From assembly GCA_902625885.1 (NCBI GenBank), contig CACODE010000002.1:8454-72453 (forward strand): a DNA stretch of 64,000 nt, given 5' to 3'. Source of the stretch: an uncultured Candidatus Poseidoniales archaeon. GTDB taxonomy: Archaea > Thermoplasmatota > Poseidoniia > Poseidoniales > Poseidoniaceae. This document shows positions 1 to 8,817 of the stretch, in pieces. A model generated the notes under the pieces. The model was given only the letters and a program-made list of their open reading frames with translations. It made no database searches and was not told the origin of the DNA. Position 1 is the stretch's first letter. Every line of letters starts with the position of its first letter. Both the position numbers and the translations under genes were made by a program.

Positions 1-995
1 TACCATGGCTTGGTTTCTGAGCCCACAAACGTCGCCGAAAGCAACTCGACGTTTTGTGCAGGTCTGTCGTTAGCGCCCGTTTCAACCGCTGAAATCGCAG
101 TGACGTGATCGCAACCGCTGGTGATTTCACCAAACACGGTGTGTTGGCCATCGAGCCAACTGGGCGTGCTGTCTTCAGGAATGAGGAAGAACTGGCTGCC
201 GCCCGTGTTCGGCGAGTTTGTCTTGGCCATGGAGATGGTGCATGGTTTGTGGTCAAGGGCTCCCGGAAGCGTGGCTTCGTCAGGAATGGTGAAGGACGTC
301 GTGCCGCACTCGGATTCCGTGGTTTGTTGGCCGTTGCAGTAGCCAAACCATTTGGCGGCGTGGCCGCCTGTGCCATCGCCGTTGGTGAAATCGCCGCCCT
401 GGATCATGAAATCATCAATGATGCGGTGGAAAATGGTACCGTCGTAATCCCCGTTTTCAACAAGGAGTTTGAAATTCTCAACATGGACAGGCGCCAAGTC
501 AGGATAAAGCTCGATGGTAACGGTGCCGCTGTCGGCCCCACCGTTCCATGTCAACTGCATGTCAACGATATCCGTCGTGGTATCTGAACGATTGGCGACG
601 TTGATGCCGGCGAGGAGAAGCACGACAGCGAGGAAAATGGCAACAATACCAGCGGGCGTGGGCGTACCGTCGTTCATCAGCCGAGGAAAGGAGGTCTCTC
701 GTATGCCTCTGTTCTGCATTTCGTTCAGCAGGTCGTTGTAGAGACGGTCGGCTTTCTTGTCCTTGGGATTCTTTTTGGTCGATTCTCGCAGGAGCGAGGC
801 GGCTTTTCTGTAATCGTGCCGGCTGTTTCTAGCCTTCGCTTCCAACCACGTCGCATGGCCTGCCAATCGCAGCGTTGTCGGCTCAATGCCTTCGGGGTCT
901 GCGTCTCGAAGAATGCTGAGGGCACCCTCGCCTTTTCCTTTGACAATGGCCTTCTCGGCTTTTTCCCAAGCCGTCGTTATTGCTTCGTCCGCCAT
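1..995 (-). CDS. Membrane-anchored cyclophilin-type peptidyl-prolyl cis-trans isomerase; 3' end runs off the window
   Basis: Own translation of the minus strand. The frame is open from the ATG at 995 (alternative ATG at 677) down to position 1, so it is absent from the ORF track, which needs a stop. Cyclophilin motifs are present: FHRIIDDFMIQGGDFTNGDGTGG, SMAKTNSPNTGGSQFF and HTVFGE. There is a hydrophobic anchor (GIVAIFLAVVLLLAG) and a ~100-aa helical N-terminal region. The track ORF 105..587 (+) is its antisense shadow. Confidence 0.85.
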   Translation of the reverse strand, partial: MADEAITTAWEKAEKAIVKGKGEGALSILRDADPEGIEPTTLRLAGHATWLEAKARNSRHDYRKAASLLRESTKKNPKDKKADRLYNDLLNEMQNRGIRETSFPRLMNDGTPTPAGIVAIFLAVVLLLAGINVANRSDTTTDIVDMQLTWNGGADSGTVTIELYPDLAPVHVENFKLLVENGDYDGTIFHRIIDDFMIQGGDFTNGDGTGGHAAKWFGYCNGQQTTESECGTTSFTIPDEATLPGALDHKPCTISMAKTNSPNTGGSQFFLIPEDSTPSWLDGQHTVFGEITSGCDHVTAISAVETGANDRPAQNVELLSATFVGSETKPW

Positions 996-1026
996 GTGCA
1001 GACGAGGGCCGATGTGGTTTTGAGTC

Positions 1027-1605
1027 TCACGCTTCCGTTTCACTCAATTGGACTTGCAATTCGTCAGGTTGATTCGACTGGGTTTCTGGCGTCATCGATC
1101 CCATTTGAACACGCAATTCGTTGAGTTGGCTCGACTGATTTTCTGGTGTCACCGACCCCAAATCGCTCTGCTCTTCGGCGTCCTGTGCTTCTGACATGTT
1201 CCAATGAAGGAGGCCGCTCAATGCAAGAAGCGCCCAAAGCAGCAACGGCGGCGCCAACTCGAGGTTGATGGAGAATTTGTAGAGAAACGGCGGCTCAAGG
1301 CTGGCGTTGAAATCAAAGTTGTTGGAGGGATCCATGGCGATCATGCTCAGCAACCAGATGAACACGGCCCCGGCCGTGACGGCCACCATTCTGGCCTGAG
1401 AGCGTCCGGCGGTGAACAAGAAAATGGCGACCAAAACCACCGTATTCAGCAGGCCAAACGTGGCGTTGGTGAATGTATCAGACCCAACTTCGCTTTGGCT
1501 CAACGGTACGAGAGCGCTGAAAAGGGTGTGAGGAACGCAGACGATGACCAGCCAATACTTCGGGTTGAAGAAATCCCGCAAATTTCGGTCGAGCAGGCGC
1601 GTCAT
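1027..1605 (-). CDS. Hypothetical multi-pass membrane protein with a duplicated 19-aa C-terminal module
   Basis: 192-aa ORF with several hydrophobic segments. The C-terminus reads GSVTPENQSSQLNELRVQM / GSMTPETQSNQPDELQVQL. Its start overlaps the stop of the upstream gene by 4 nt (1602-1605). Confidence 0.6.
   Translation of the reverse strand: MTRLLDRNLRDFFNPKYWLVIVCVPHTLFSALVPLSQSEVGSDTFTNATFGLLNTVVLVAIFLFTAGRSQARMVAVTAGAVFIWLLSMIAMDPSNNFDFNASLEPPFLYKFSINLELAPPLLLWALLALSGLLHWNMSEAQDAEEQSDLGSVTPENQSSQLNELRVQMGSMTPETQSNQPDELQVQLSETEA
1045..1158. repeat. Imperfect tandem duplication, 2 x 57 nt, in frame inside CDS 1027..1605
   Basis: caattggacttgcaattcgtcaggttgattcgactgggtttctggcgtcatcgatcc c (1045-1101) aligns with catttgaacacgcaattcgttgagttggctcgactgattttctggtgtcaccgacccc (1102-1158). 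Confidence 0.8.
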
Positions 1606-3296
1606 TGGCTCTTCACCTCATCGATTGGCACCTTTACAGGCTCCTCTTTTTTCTCCCAAATCTTGCGGGCGCCCAGAGCCACACTGACACCGAACGAGAA
1701 CACCAGAAGCAAGAGCAGCGGCGTCATGGTCAGGCTGGTCGAGTCGTCGTCATCCGACGCGGAAAGGGAAGCGCCTCCTGAAGATTGGTCCCAACGACCG
1801 TCGTACGGATAGGCGTCAAAAATATCGAGCAGCCCGTCGTTATCGTCGTCCACGTCGAGGTTGTTGCCAATGCCGTCACCGTCGTTATCGGCCCACTCCG
1901 TGAAGTTCATCGGGTACAGGTCGAGCGTGTTGGGAACGCCATCGCCGTCAATGTCAAGATCAATTGTGTCGGGCACGCCGTCGAGGTCAAAATCAGCCGA
2001 TGAGGTGGCGTCCAACGGGAAAGCGTCCTCTTCGTCGGGTATACCGTCGTTGTCGTCGTCGGGGTCGGCGTTGTCGCCGATGTTGTCTTGGTCGTTATCG
2101 GCCCATTCCGTGGCGTTGAACGGGAAGGCGTCAACGGTGTCGTTGTAGCCATCGTTGTCATCGTCCGTGTCGGCGTTGTCGCCGACCGCATCGCCGTCGT
2201 TGTTGGCGTGCTCGGCGGGGTCAAAGGGATACAGATCGTTCTGGTCCACAACGCCGTCGTTGTCGTCGTCAGGGTCGTCCTCGTCCGATATACCGTCGCC
2301 GTCGAAATCGTTCACGATCACAACTTCGCCCAGTTCATCGTCCTCGGTGTCGGGCACGCCGTCGTTGTCGTCGTCCGTATCGGCGTTGTCGCCAATACCG
2401 TCGCCATCGTAGTCAAACGCTTCGTTGGCGTTGAGCGGGAAAGCGTCGTCAGCGTCCCCAACGCCGTCGTTGTCGTCGTCGGAATCGGCGTTGTTGCCAA
2501 TGCCGTCCGCGTCCGTGTCGTACTGTTCGCTGGCGTCGTAGGGGAAGGCGTCTTGCTGGTCGTTCACGCCGTCGTTGTCGTCGTCGGGATCAGCGTTGTC
2601 ACCAAGCGCATCGCCGTCGTGGTTGGTCCACTCGCTGGCGTCGTACGGGTAAACGTCGATGGTGTCAATGAAACCGTCGTTGTCGTCATCGGAATCGGCG
2701 TTGTCTCCCACACCATCTCCGTCAAAGTCACTGTGCTCAGAAGCGTCTTTCGGGAAGGCGTCTTGCTGGTCGCTCACGCCGTCGTTGTCGTCGTCATCGT
2801 CAGCGTCGTCGTTGATGCCGTCGCCGTCCGTGTCCACCGTGGTGCTGCCGCCGCCGCTGCCGCTGCCGCCGCCGTTGCCGTTGCCGCCACCGTTGCCATT
2901 GCCGTTGCCGCCACCCGTACCGCCGCCACTCGTATCGGCGTCTTCGCAATCGTCGTAAGTTCCATCCTCATCATCGTACTCCGGGTCGCACAAAGAATCG
3001 GCAATGCAAGCGTTTTCGTTGTACTCGTACTGGTCGCAATAATCGTCATCCTCATCGTCGCTCTCATCGGCATCTTCGCAGTCGTCGAATTCGCCGTCAT
3101 CTTCGTACTCTGGCGTGCATCGGGAATCGTTGATACAACCCTGCTCGTCGTCTTCATACAAATCCTCGCAGATGCCGTCGCGCCCGCTGGCTGAATAGAT
3201 TGCATACGATTCGTCGAGCAATGCGGGAGCTTGGAGGCCAACTGAAAACACCATCACAAAGATCAGGACAAGGGACAACGGTTTGAGAAACCTCAT
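1602..3296 (-). CDS. Secreted, C-terminally anchored calcium-binding protein with about 13 TSP3-like repeats
   Basis: 564 aa with an N-terminal signal-like segment (LSLVLIFVMVFSVGLQA). Two Cys-rich acidic modules and a GGNGNGNGG low-complexity tract follow. DxDxDGxxDxxD-type motifs are reiterated (DTDGDGINDDADDDDDNDGVSD and similar). A C-terminal TM (LLLLLVFSFGVSVALGA) is followed by a basic tail. Confidence 0.8.
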   Translation of the reverse strand: MRFLKPLSLVLIFVMVFSVGLQAPALLDESYAIYSASGRDGICEDLYEDDEQGCINDSRCTPEYEDDGEFDDCEDADESDDEDDDYCDQYEYNENACIADSLCDPEYDDEDGTYDDCEDADTSGGGTGGGNGNGNGGGNGNGGGSGSGGGSTTVDTDGDGINDDADDDDDNDGVSDQQDAFPKDASEHSDFDGDGVGDNADSDDDNDGFIDTIDVYPYDASEWTNHDGDALGDNADPDDDNDGVNDQQDAFPYDASEQYDTDADGIGNNADSDDDNDGVGDADDAFPLNANEAFDYDGDGIGDNADTDDDNDGVPDTEDDELGEVVIVNDFDGDGISDEDDPDDDNDGVVDQNDLYPFDPAEHANNDGDAVGDNADTDDDNDGYNDTVDAFPFNATEWADNDQDNIGDNADPDDDNDGIPDEEDAFPLDATSSADFDLDGVPDTIDLDIDGDGVPNTLDLYPMNFTEWADNDGDGIGNNLDVDDDNDGLLDIFDAYPYDGRWDQSSGGASLSASDDDDSTSLTMTPLLLLLVFSFGVSVALGARKIWEKKEEPVKVPIDEVKSQ

Positions 3297-3340
3297 TTTT
3301 GAACACCCACCGTGGCTGGTATGGTTGCTCCACCCGTGCC

Positions 3341-3375
3341 ATATGTAAATAATTTAGTAGCACCTAAATAATGCA
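3341..3375. promoter_or_regulatory. Candidate divergent TATA boxes between genes 3296(-) and 3424(+)
   Basis: AT-rich taaataattta (3346-3356) and taaataat (3365-3372) each lie about 50-60 nt upstream of one of the two divergent start codons. Confidence 0.3.
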
Positions 3376-3423
3376 TCCAAGTGGTTGTGAGCAAGGCGAT
3401 TGCGCTGGTAAGGGGACGGACGT

Positions 3424-4185
3424 ATGGAAGAAGACATGCTCCACTACGTTCAACTGCTTGAACGAGGGTACGACCCTGAAGATGCGGCCCTCGTCACCAA
3501 AGCCAAATATCCGGATTTCCAACGCTCCAAAGACGCCAACGCGACCGCAGGAACCGTTCAACAGACCGTGGTAGCAGAACCACCGGTAGCCTACAACCCG
3601 TACGTTCCGCCCAAAGAAATCCCTGAGCCGCTTGGCGACATAAAGTCGAAAGGCAAGCAAGCCTGGGACTACGTTCAGTCAAGCCTTGAGGACATGGACG
3701 TGGAACGCTTCAAGCCCTCTCGAAAAACTGCGCTCATCGCTGGTGGTGTCGCCGCTTCGCTCTTGCTCGTTGCCCTTCTCTACGCCCTTGTCGCTCAGAG
3801 CGGTGCGCTGACCGAGGGCACATGGATGAACGACCAAGGTCAGCGTTTCACCTTTCGAGAGGACAACACCGCCGATTGGAATCGCGATCAACAGGCCCAA
3901 TGGAGCCAGAGCGGCGACGAAATGACGGTTCTCGCTACCTACGGCGACACCGCCTTCACCCACGTGTTCAAATTTGATATCTCGGAAGACGGGAAGGCGA
4001 TGTGGTTGCTTCCGACCTCCATCACCGATAACGAAGGCAAGGAATACATGGACGAGCCGGGATACGAAGCGTCGTGCTCTATGATGCTCAAATCCGACCT
4101 GGCCAAGACGCTCAACAACTACATGTCGCACGCCGACACGTACACCGATCAGGGCCCAAATTGGTGCGACCTCGACAGCGAATAA
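3424..4185 (+). CDS. Hypothetical single-pass membrane protein
   Basis: 253-aa ORF with one TM (ALIAGGVAASLLLVALLYALVA) and a C-terminal ~130-aa soluble domain. No recognisable family. Confidence 0.55.
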   Translation: MEEDMLHYVQLLERGYDPEDAALVTKAKYPDFQRSKDANATAGTVQQTVVAEPPVAYNPYVPPKEIPEPLGDIKSKGKQAWDYVQSSLEDMDVERFKPSRKTALIAGGVAASLLLVALLYALVAQSGALTEGTWMNDQGQRFTFREDNTADWNRDQQAQWSQSGDEMTVLATYGDTAFTHVFKFDISEDGKAMWLLPTSITDNEGKEYMDEPGYEASCSMMLKSDLAKTLNNYMSHADTYTDQGPNWCDLDSE

Positions 4186-4302
4186 TCGGTGCCCTGACAG
4201 CCAACTTGGGCCATGAATTCCGGGAATGTGAGGGCAACATGTTGAAAGGGTGCTTTGGAACCCCTCAAAAAGGACGGCAGAGCCGTTGACCCCAGCCGAG
4301 GG

Positions 4303-6102
4303 ATGGTGCTCATGGAAAAAATCATCAACGATTTCACCATCAACATCGCCACCGCAAACGGCACCGGTTCGCAATCAGCAAATCTCATTTTGCTCCAATC
4401 GTTGTTTGACATGGGCGTCCCCGTCAGCGGGAAGAACCTGTTTCCTTCCAACATCTCCGGTTTGCCCACGTGGTACATCGTTCGTTTGTCGGACAAAGGC
4501 TACCAAGCACCCGGCGACCGCACGCACATTCAGGTGCTCGTCAATCCCGCAACGTGGGACGAAGACCTTGCCGCTCTGGAACCCGGTTCTGTGGTGATCT
4601 GGAACAGCGACACCAAGAAGAAAACCGTCGAACGCGAAGACATCATCTCCTACCCGATCCCCATGACCTCCATGGCTCGAAAGATCAACACCAAACTCGC
4701 AAAGCTGGTTACAAACATCATCTATGTCGGTGTTCTTGCCGAACTTTTGGGCATTGACCAAGCATGCCTTGAATCGGCCGTCGCCAAGCAGTTCAAGGGC
4801 AAGGCCACGGCGGTCGAACTCAACACCACCGCCTTGGGCCTCGGTCGAGATTACTGCAAAGAAAACCTCACCAAAGCCGACCCCTACGCCGTTGAAGCGC
4901 GTGAAATAGAGACACCAAAATTCTTCTTTGAAGGCAACGAAGCGGCTGCACTCGGCTCGATTTACGGAGGTATCCAACTGCTGGCGTGGTACCCGATCAC
5001 GCCATCATCGTCAATGTGCGAGGGCATCATCAGCTACATCCCTCGCCTCCGAACCGACGACGAAGGCAACGCCACCGTCGCCGTAATTCAAGCGGAGGAC
5101 GAACTTGCGGCTGCAGGCATGGTCCTGGGCGCCGGTTGGGCCGGTGGGCGTGGTTTGACGGCCACTTCAGGCCCGGGCATTTCCCTGATGCAGGAATTCA
5201 TCGGTCTGGCCTACTTTGCAGAAATCCCTTCGGTGTTCTGGGATGTTGTGCGGGTGGGACCTTCCACCGGACTGCCCACACGAACGCAGCAATCCGACAT
5301 CGCCATGCTGTACGAAGGCAGCCACGGCGACACGCAGCACATTGTTCTCTTGCCGGGGACCGTTGAAGAGTGCTTTGAGTTTGGCTGGCGAGCCTTCGAC
5401 TATTCTGAGCGATTCCAGACACCCGTCTTCGGCATGAGCGACCTCGACCTTGGCATGAACCGATGGGCCTGCGGCGGCTTCACCTACCCTGACAAACCGA
5501 TGGACAGAGGCAAGGTCGTCAGAGAAAAAGACGTCTTTGAGGCCTTCGAAACGTTCGGGCGCTACCTCGACGTGGACGGCGACGGCATCCCCTACAGAAC
5601 CTTACCCGGATCCGGCATGGACCCAATTTTGTATCGCGGTACCGGCCACAACCCGATGGGCGTCTACTCGGAAAAACCCGAGGACTACTACAACTTGATG
5701 CAGCGACTTAGGAAGAAAATTGACAACGCAAGGGACGAATTGCCAGCCCCCATCATTCGGGAAGCCGAGGCATGCGAAGTCGGTATCGTCTTCCTAGGAA
5801 GCATGGAAAACTCCATCCAAGAAATCGACGACATCTTGGAAGAGACCGGCCTGCAGGTCAGCCAGTGCCGCATCAGAGCGCTTCCGGCCCACTCAGAGGT
5901 TGAAGCGTTCATCCGTCGTCATGAAGTGTCGATTGTTCTTGAAATCAATCGCGACGGTCAACTCTACGGCATTCTACGCCGAGAGCTGCCAAACGATCTG
6001 GTGACCAAAGTCCACTCCGTTGCCTACAGCGACGGCATGCCACCAAGGGCACGCATTTATGCGGAACGGATTCTTGCCAAACTTGAGGAAGTGAAGAAAT
6101 GA
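4303..6102 (+). CDS. korA: 2-oxoacid:ferredoxin oxidoreductase, alpha subunit (fused gamma-alpha type)
   Basis: The N-terminus INIATANGTGSQSANLIL..GKNLFPSNISGLPTWY is a gamma-type domain, followed by a long alpha domain (GNEAAALGSIYGG, YPITPSS). The track ORF begins at TTG 4255; ATG 4303 or 4312 is the more likely start. The stop overlaps the korB start (ATGA). Confidence 0.85.
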   Translation: MVLMEKIINDFTINIATANGTGSQSANLILLQSLFDMGVPVSGKNLFPSNISGLPTWYIVRLSDKGYQAPGDRTHIQVLVNPATWDEDLAALEPGSVVIWNSDTKKKTVEREDIISYPIPMTSMARKINTKLAKLVTNIIYVGVLAELLGIDQACLESAVAKQFKGKATAVELNTTALGLGRDYCKENLTKADPYAVEAREIETPKFFFEGNEAAALGSIYGGIQLLAWYPITPSSSMCEGIISYIPRLRTDDEGNATVAVIQAEDELAAAGMVLGAGWAGGRGLTATSGPGISLMQEFIGLAYFAEIPSVFWDVVRVGPSTGLPTRTQQSDIAMLYEGSHGDTQHIVLLPGTVEECFEFGWRAFDYSERFQTPVFGMSDLDLGMNRWACGGFTYPDKPMDRGKVVREKDVFEAFETFGRYLDVDGDGIPYRTLPGSGMDPILYRGTGHNPMGVYSEKPEDYYNLMQRLRKKIDNARDELPAPIIREAEACEVGIVFLGSMENSIQEIDDILEETGLQVSQCRIRALPAHSEVEAFIRRHEVSIVLEINRDGQLYGILRRELPNDLVTKVHSVAYSDGMPPRARIYAERILAKLEEVKK

Positions 6103-7145
6103 GGGAAAGACCCGCACGCGCTGTTAAACTCAACGTCCTGAACGAGCCCAAGGACAGTTACACGGGAGGCCCTTCCTCGCTCTGCCCAGGTTGCGGGCAC
6201 GACCAAATCTCAAACGTCATCATCACGGCGGCTTGGGAAAACGGCGTTGAACCTCATCGTATCGCCAAAATGTCAGGTATCGGATGCTCTTCCAAAACTC
6301 CGGCCTACTACCTCGGTCAGTCCCACGGGTTCAACACCGTGCACGGCCGAATGCCATCGGTCACTACCGGAGCCTACGCCATCAACAAGGATTTGCTCTA
6401 CCTCGGCGTGTCAGGAGACGGCGACTCGGCTTCCATCGGCATTGGGCAGTTGATTCACGCCATTCGCAGGAACATGGACATGGTTTACATCGTGGAGAAC
6501 AACGGCGTCTACGGCCTGACCAAGGGCCAATACTCAGCCACCGCTGACGTTGGCTCGAAAAAGAAAAAGGGTGCTGCAAACGAAACGCAACCCATCGATC
6601 TTTGCGCCATGGCCATCAACCTCGGCTGCACGTTCGTTGCGCGCTCGTTCTCCGGTTCCAAGAAACAATTGGCCTCAATTCTCAAAGCGGCCATGTCGCA
6701 CAAAGGATTCGCCCTTGTTGATGTGATTTCGCCCTGTGTCACGTTCAACAACAACGACGAATCGATGCGTTCGTACGGCTACGTGAAAGACAACGAAGTC
6801 ACGCTCCACATGGCCGACTACATTCCGCATTTCAACCCGATGGAAGAGGTTGAGGTGCCCGATGGCCACTTCCGAGACATCACCCTTCACGACGGCTCCA
6901 CCATCCGCCTCGAGACCATTTCCGAGGATCACGACCCCAGCGACGCCATGGCCGCCCTAACGGCCCTCCATGCGGCTGAAACCGGTAAGAAGCACGTCAC
7001 CGGCCTGCTGTACTTCGACGCCACGAAGCCTTCCCTCGCCGAAGACCTCGGGCTGGTTGATGAGGCACTTCTGGACCTGCCAAACGAGGCGCTGCGTCCT
7101 GACAGAGCCTCACTTGACGCGCTCAACGCTGAGTTCTTTGCCTGA
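6099..7145 (+). CDS. korB: 2-oxoacid:ferredoxin oxidoreductase, beta (TPP-binding) subunit
   Basis: CPGCGH motif and GVSGDGDSASIG TPP-binding loop. 348 aa, translationally coupled to korA. Confidence 0.85.
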   Translation: MRERPARAVKLNVLNEPKDSYTGGPSSLCPGCGHDQISNVIITAAWENGVEPHRIAKMSGIGCSSKTPAYYLGQSHGFNTVHGRMPSVTTGAYAINKDLLYLGVSGDGDSASIGIGQLIHAIRRNMDMVYIVENNGVYGLTKGQYSATADVGSKKKKGAANETQPIDLCAMAINLGCTFVARSFSGSKKQLASILKAAMSHKGFALVDVISPCVTFNNNDESMRSYGYVKDNEVTLHMADYIPHFNPMEEVEVPDGHFRDITLHDGSTIRLETISEDHDPSDAMAALTALHAAETGKKHVTGLLYFDATKPSLAEDLGLVDEALLDLPNEALRPDRASLDALNAEFFA

Positions 7146-7156
7146 CGGGTATGCCA

Positions 7157-7191
7157 CCGGACCTCTCATAAAGGACCGGGTGTGGATTTTT
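7157..7191 (+). terminator. Hairpin plus T-run downstream of korB
   Basis: ccggacct-ctcataa-aggaccgg (7 of 8 bp) at 7157-7179, followed by ggattttt. Confidence 0.3.
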
Positions 7192-7195
7192 ACGC

Positions 7196-8080
7196 ATGGT
7201 TGACCCTACTTCCGTTGCCGTTGGTTTGGGCTTGGGCGGCTATGGAATCCATTTGTTGAGGAAATACCTGAAGCAACGCCAAGACCGACTCAGGTCGCTG
7301 GCGATGCTCAGAAAATACAGCACGAGCTCAAGGATTGGCCTTCATCAAGGGCAGATGCGCCTGTTGGTGAGCATGCCGCAAGTGGGTGAGCTCCCCCTTG
7401 TGGAGCAAGAAGCCTGGCGGGTGCGGGAGGAAGACAGAAACCAGAATTTCCTCGAACTCGGTCTTTTGCAAGAAGTCCCTGAAGGCGATGAATCAGAGCC
7501 CGATGAGACCCATCGCCAAGCGGAACTCCAGTCGAGAGCGGCATGGATGGAAACACACGAACCGCCCTTGCAGGAACACGCTGCGGTGGTGGCCGAGGAA
7601 CACGTGGGCAGCGGTGTCGTGATCGCCACGCAGGACGATGAGGAGCCGGAGGTCAAGATCGACGAACGGCTCAAACGGGAAGGCGGCGCTTCGGGAGAAG
7701 TTCAGATCTCTCTTGCTTGGGACGACTACAACGACCTCGACCTGCACCTTTTTTGCCCGTCCGGTGAGCGCATTTACTTCAACAACAAAAAAAGCGAATG
7801 CGGCGGTGAATTGGACGTTGACATGAACATACGCCCGCTTTCCAAAACCCCTGTGGAGAACGTGGTGTGGCGAACAAACGCACCCCTCGGTACGTACAAA
7901 GTGGGCGTTCATTTTTACAAGCATCACAGGAAACGCAGGACGAAACGCCTGTGCCGCTTCCGGCTTCGGGTGGTGACCCACGGACAGAGCAAAGAATACC
8001 TCGGGAAGATCAAGTACGGCCAAGCCATGCAGATGGTTACCTCGTTTTCACTCGCCGACGCAGCTCACAAGGCGTCATGA
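7196..8080 (+). CDS. Single-pass membrane protein with a C-terminal YfaP/DUF2135-like domain
   Basis: N-terminal TM (VAVGLGLGGYGIHLL) and an acidic linker. The C-terminal ~125 aa read EVQISLAWDDYNDLDLHLFCPSGERIYFNNKKSECGGELDVDMN...PVENVVW...APLGTYKVGVHFYKHH. This matches my recollection of the DUF2135 pattern (L.W....DLDLH..P.GE..Y....GG.L..D....PE.....A..G.Y.V.V.Y). Confidence 0.55.
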   Translation: MVDPTSVAVGLGLGGYGIHLLRKYLKQRQDRLRSLAMLRKYSTSSRIGLHQGQMRLLVSMPQVGELPLVEQEAWRVREEDRNQNFLELGLLQEVPEGDESEPDETHRQAELQSRAAWMETHEPPLQEHAAVVAEEHVGSGVVIATQDDEEPEVKIDERLKREGGASGEVQISLAWDDYNDLDLHLFCPSGERIYFNNKKSECGGELDVDMNIRPLSKTPVENVVWRTNAPLGTYKVGVHFYKHHRKRRTKRLCRFRLRVVTHGQSKEYLGKIKYGQAMQMVTSFSLADAAHKAS

Positions 8081-8817
8081 GCCTGAGCCGCAACAATCGC
8101 AGCGCCCAGAGGGCCGGCGGTCTCGCTCAGTTTGGACGCCACCAGAGTGGCCTTTGTCCTCAACAACGGTTCAATTTGAGGCCAGTGTTCCATGATACCA
8201 CCGTAGAGGACGATTCGGTCGGGTTGGATGGAGGCTTCAAGGTGTTCCAAGCCCTCTTGGAACCGTTCAGCCCACGCCTCAAGGGAGAGGTTCTCCTCGG
8301 TCCGAACCGCACCAGAAAGGTGTTGTTCCAACAGCCCTCCTCTGGAGGGGTGTGGCCATCTTCCATACTCCAGATTGGGAATCAACTGACCGTTTTTGTG
8401 GACCGTCGTACCGAGACCTGTACCGACGGTTAGCGTGAGCACACACGAGGCCTGCTGATGACCCGCGCCGTGGTGCTTCTCAGCAATGGCAACAGCGTCG
8501 GCATCGTTCACCATGGCAAGACAACCGTCATGCACCGAACCGAGGTGCTCTTTCACGTCATAACCAATCCATGCCTCTCCCAAATTCGGTGCCGTCGTCG
8601 GTCGATTGCTCTCAATGGCGCCGGGAAAACCCAGGCCGATTGGGCCCTTCCAATTCGCGCCTTTCACCGCAGCGATGATGGCGTCAAGAACGACCTCCGG
8701 TTCGGTTGAACATCGATGATTATGCCTGATGAGGGAGCCGATGAGTTGTCCAGATTCGGTATCGAACACACCCGCCCGGAACCCGCTTCCTCCAAGGTCA
8801 ATGCCCATGACGTTCAA
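8065..8817 (-). CDS. ROK-family sugar kinase (short, polyphosphate/ATP-glucokinase-like)
   Basis: MGIDLGGSGFRAGVF phosphate-1 motif, VGTGLGT and AGPLGAA motifs. 250 aa and no zinc CxC motif, as in PPGK-type ROK kinases. Confidence 0.75.
   Translation of the reverse strand: MNVMGIDLGGSGFRAGVFDTESGQLIGSLIRHNHRCSTEPEVVLDAIIAAVKGANWKGPIGLGFPGAIESNRPTTAPNLGEAWIGYDVKEHLGSVHDGCLAMVNDADAVAIAEKHHGAGHQQASCVLTLTVGTGLGTTVHKNGQLIPNLEYGRWPHPSRGGLLEQHLSGAVRTEENLSLEAWAERFQEGLEHLEASIQPDRIVLYGGIMEHWPQIEPLLRTKATLVASKLSETAGPLGAAIVAAQAHDAL

Noticed and set aside
105-587. 160-aa + strand ORF at the window start
   Set aside because: It is the antisense shadow of the cyclophilin gene. The opposite strand carries unmistakable cyclophilin motifs in an open frame.
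1861-3000. Periodic DNA repeats that might suggest a CRISPR-like array
   Set aside because: The periodicity is irregular and the sequence is coding (TSP3 repeats, all in one open frame). There are no conserved direct repeats with unique spacers. No CRISPR array was seen anywhere in the window.
2088-3194. 368-aa + strand ORF, plus several 70-155-aa ORFs on both strands inside 1602..3296
   Set aside because: They have V/A/T/S-rich low-complexity translations produced by reading the GAC/GAT-rich TSP3 repeat DNA in other frames. The minus-strand frame has a signal peptide, calcium-binding motifs and a TM anchor.
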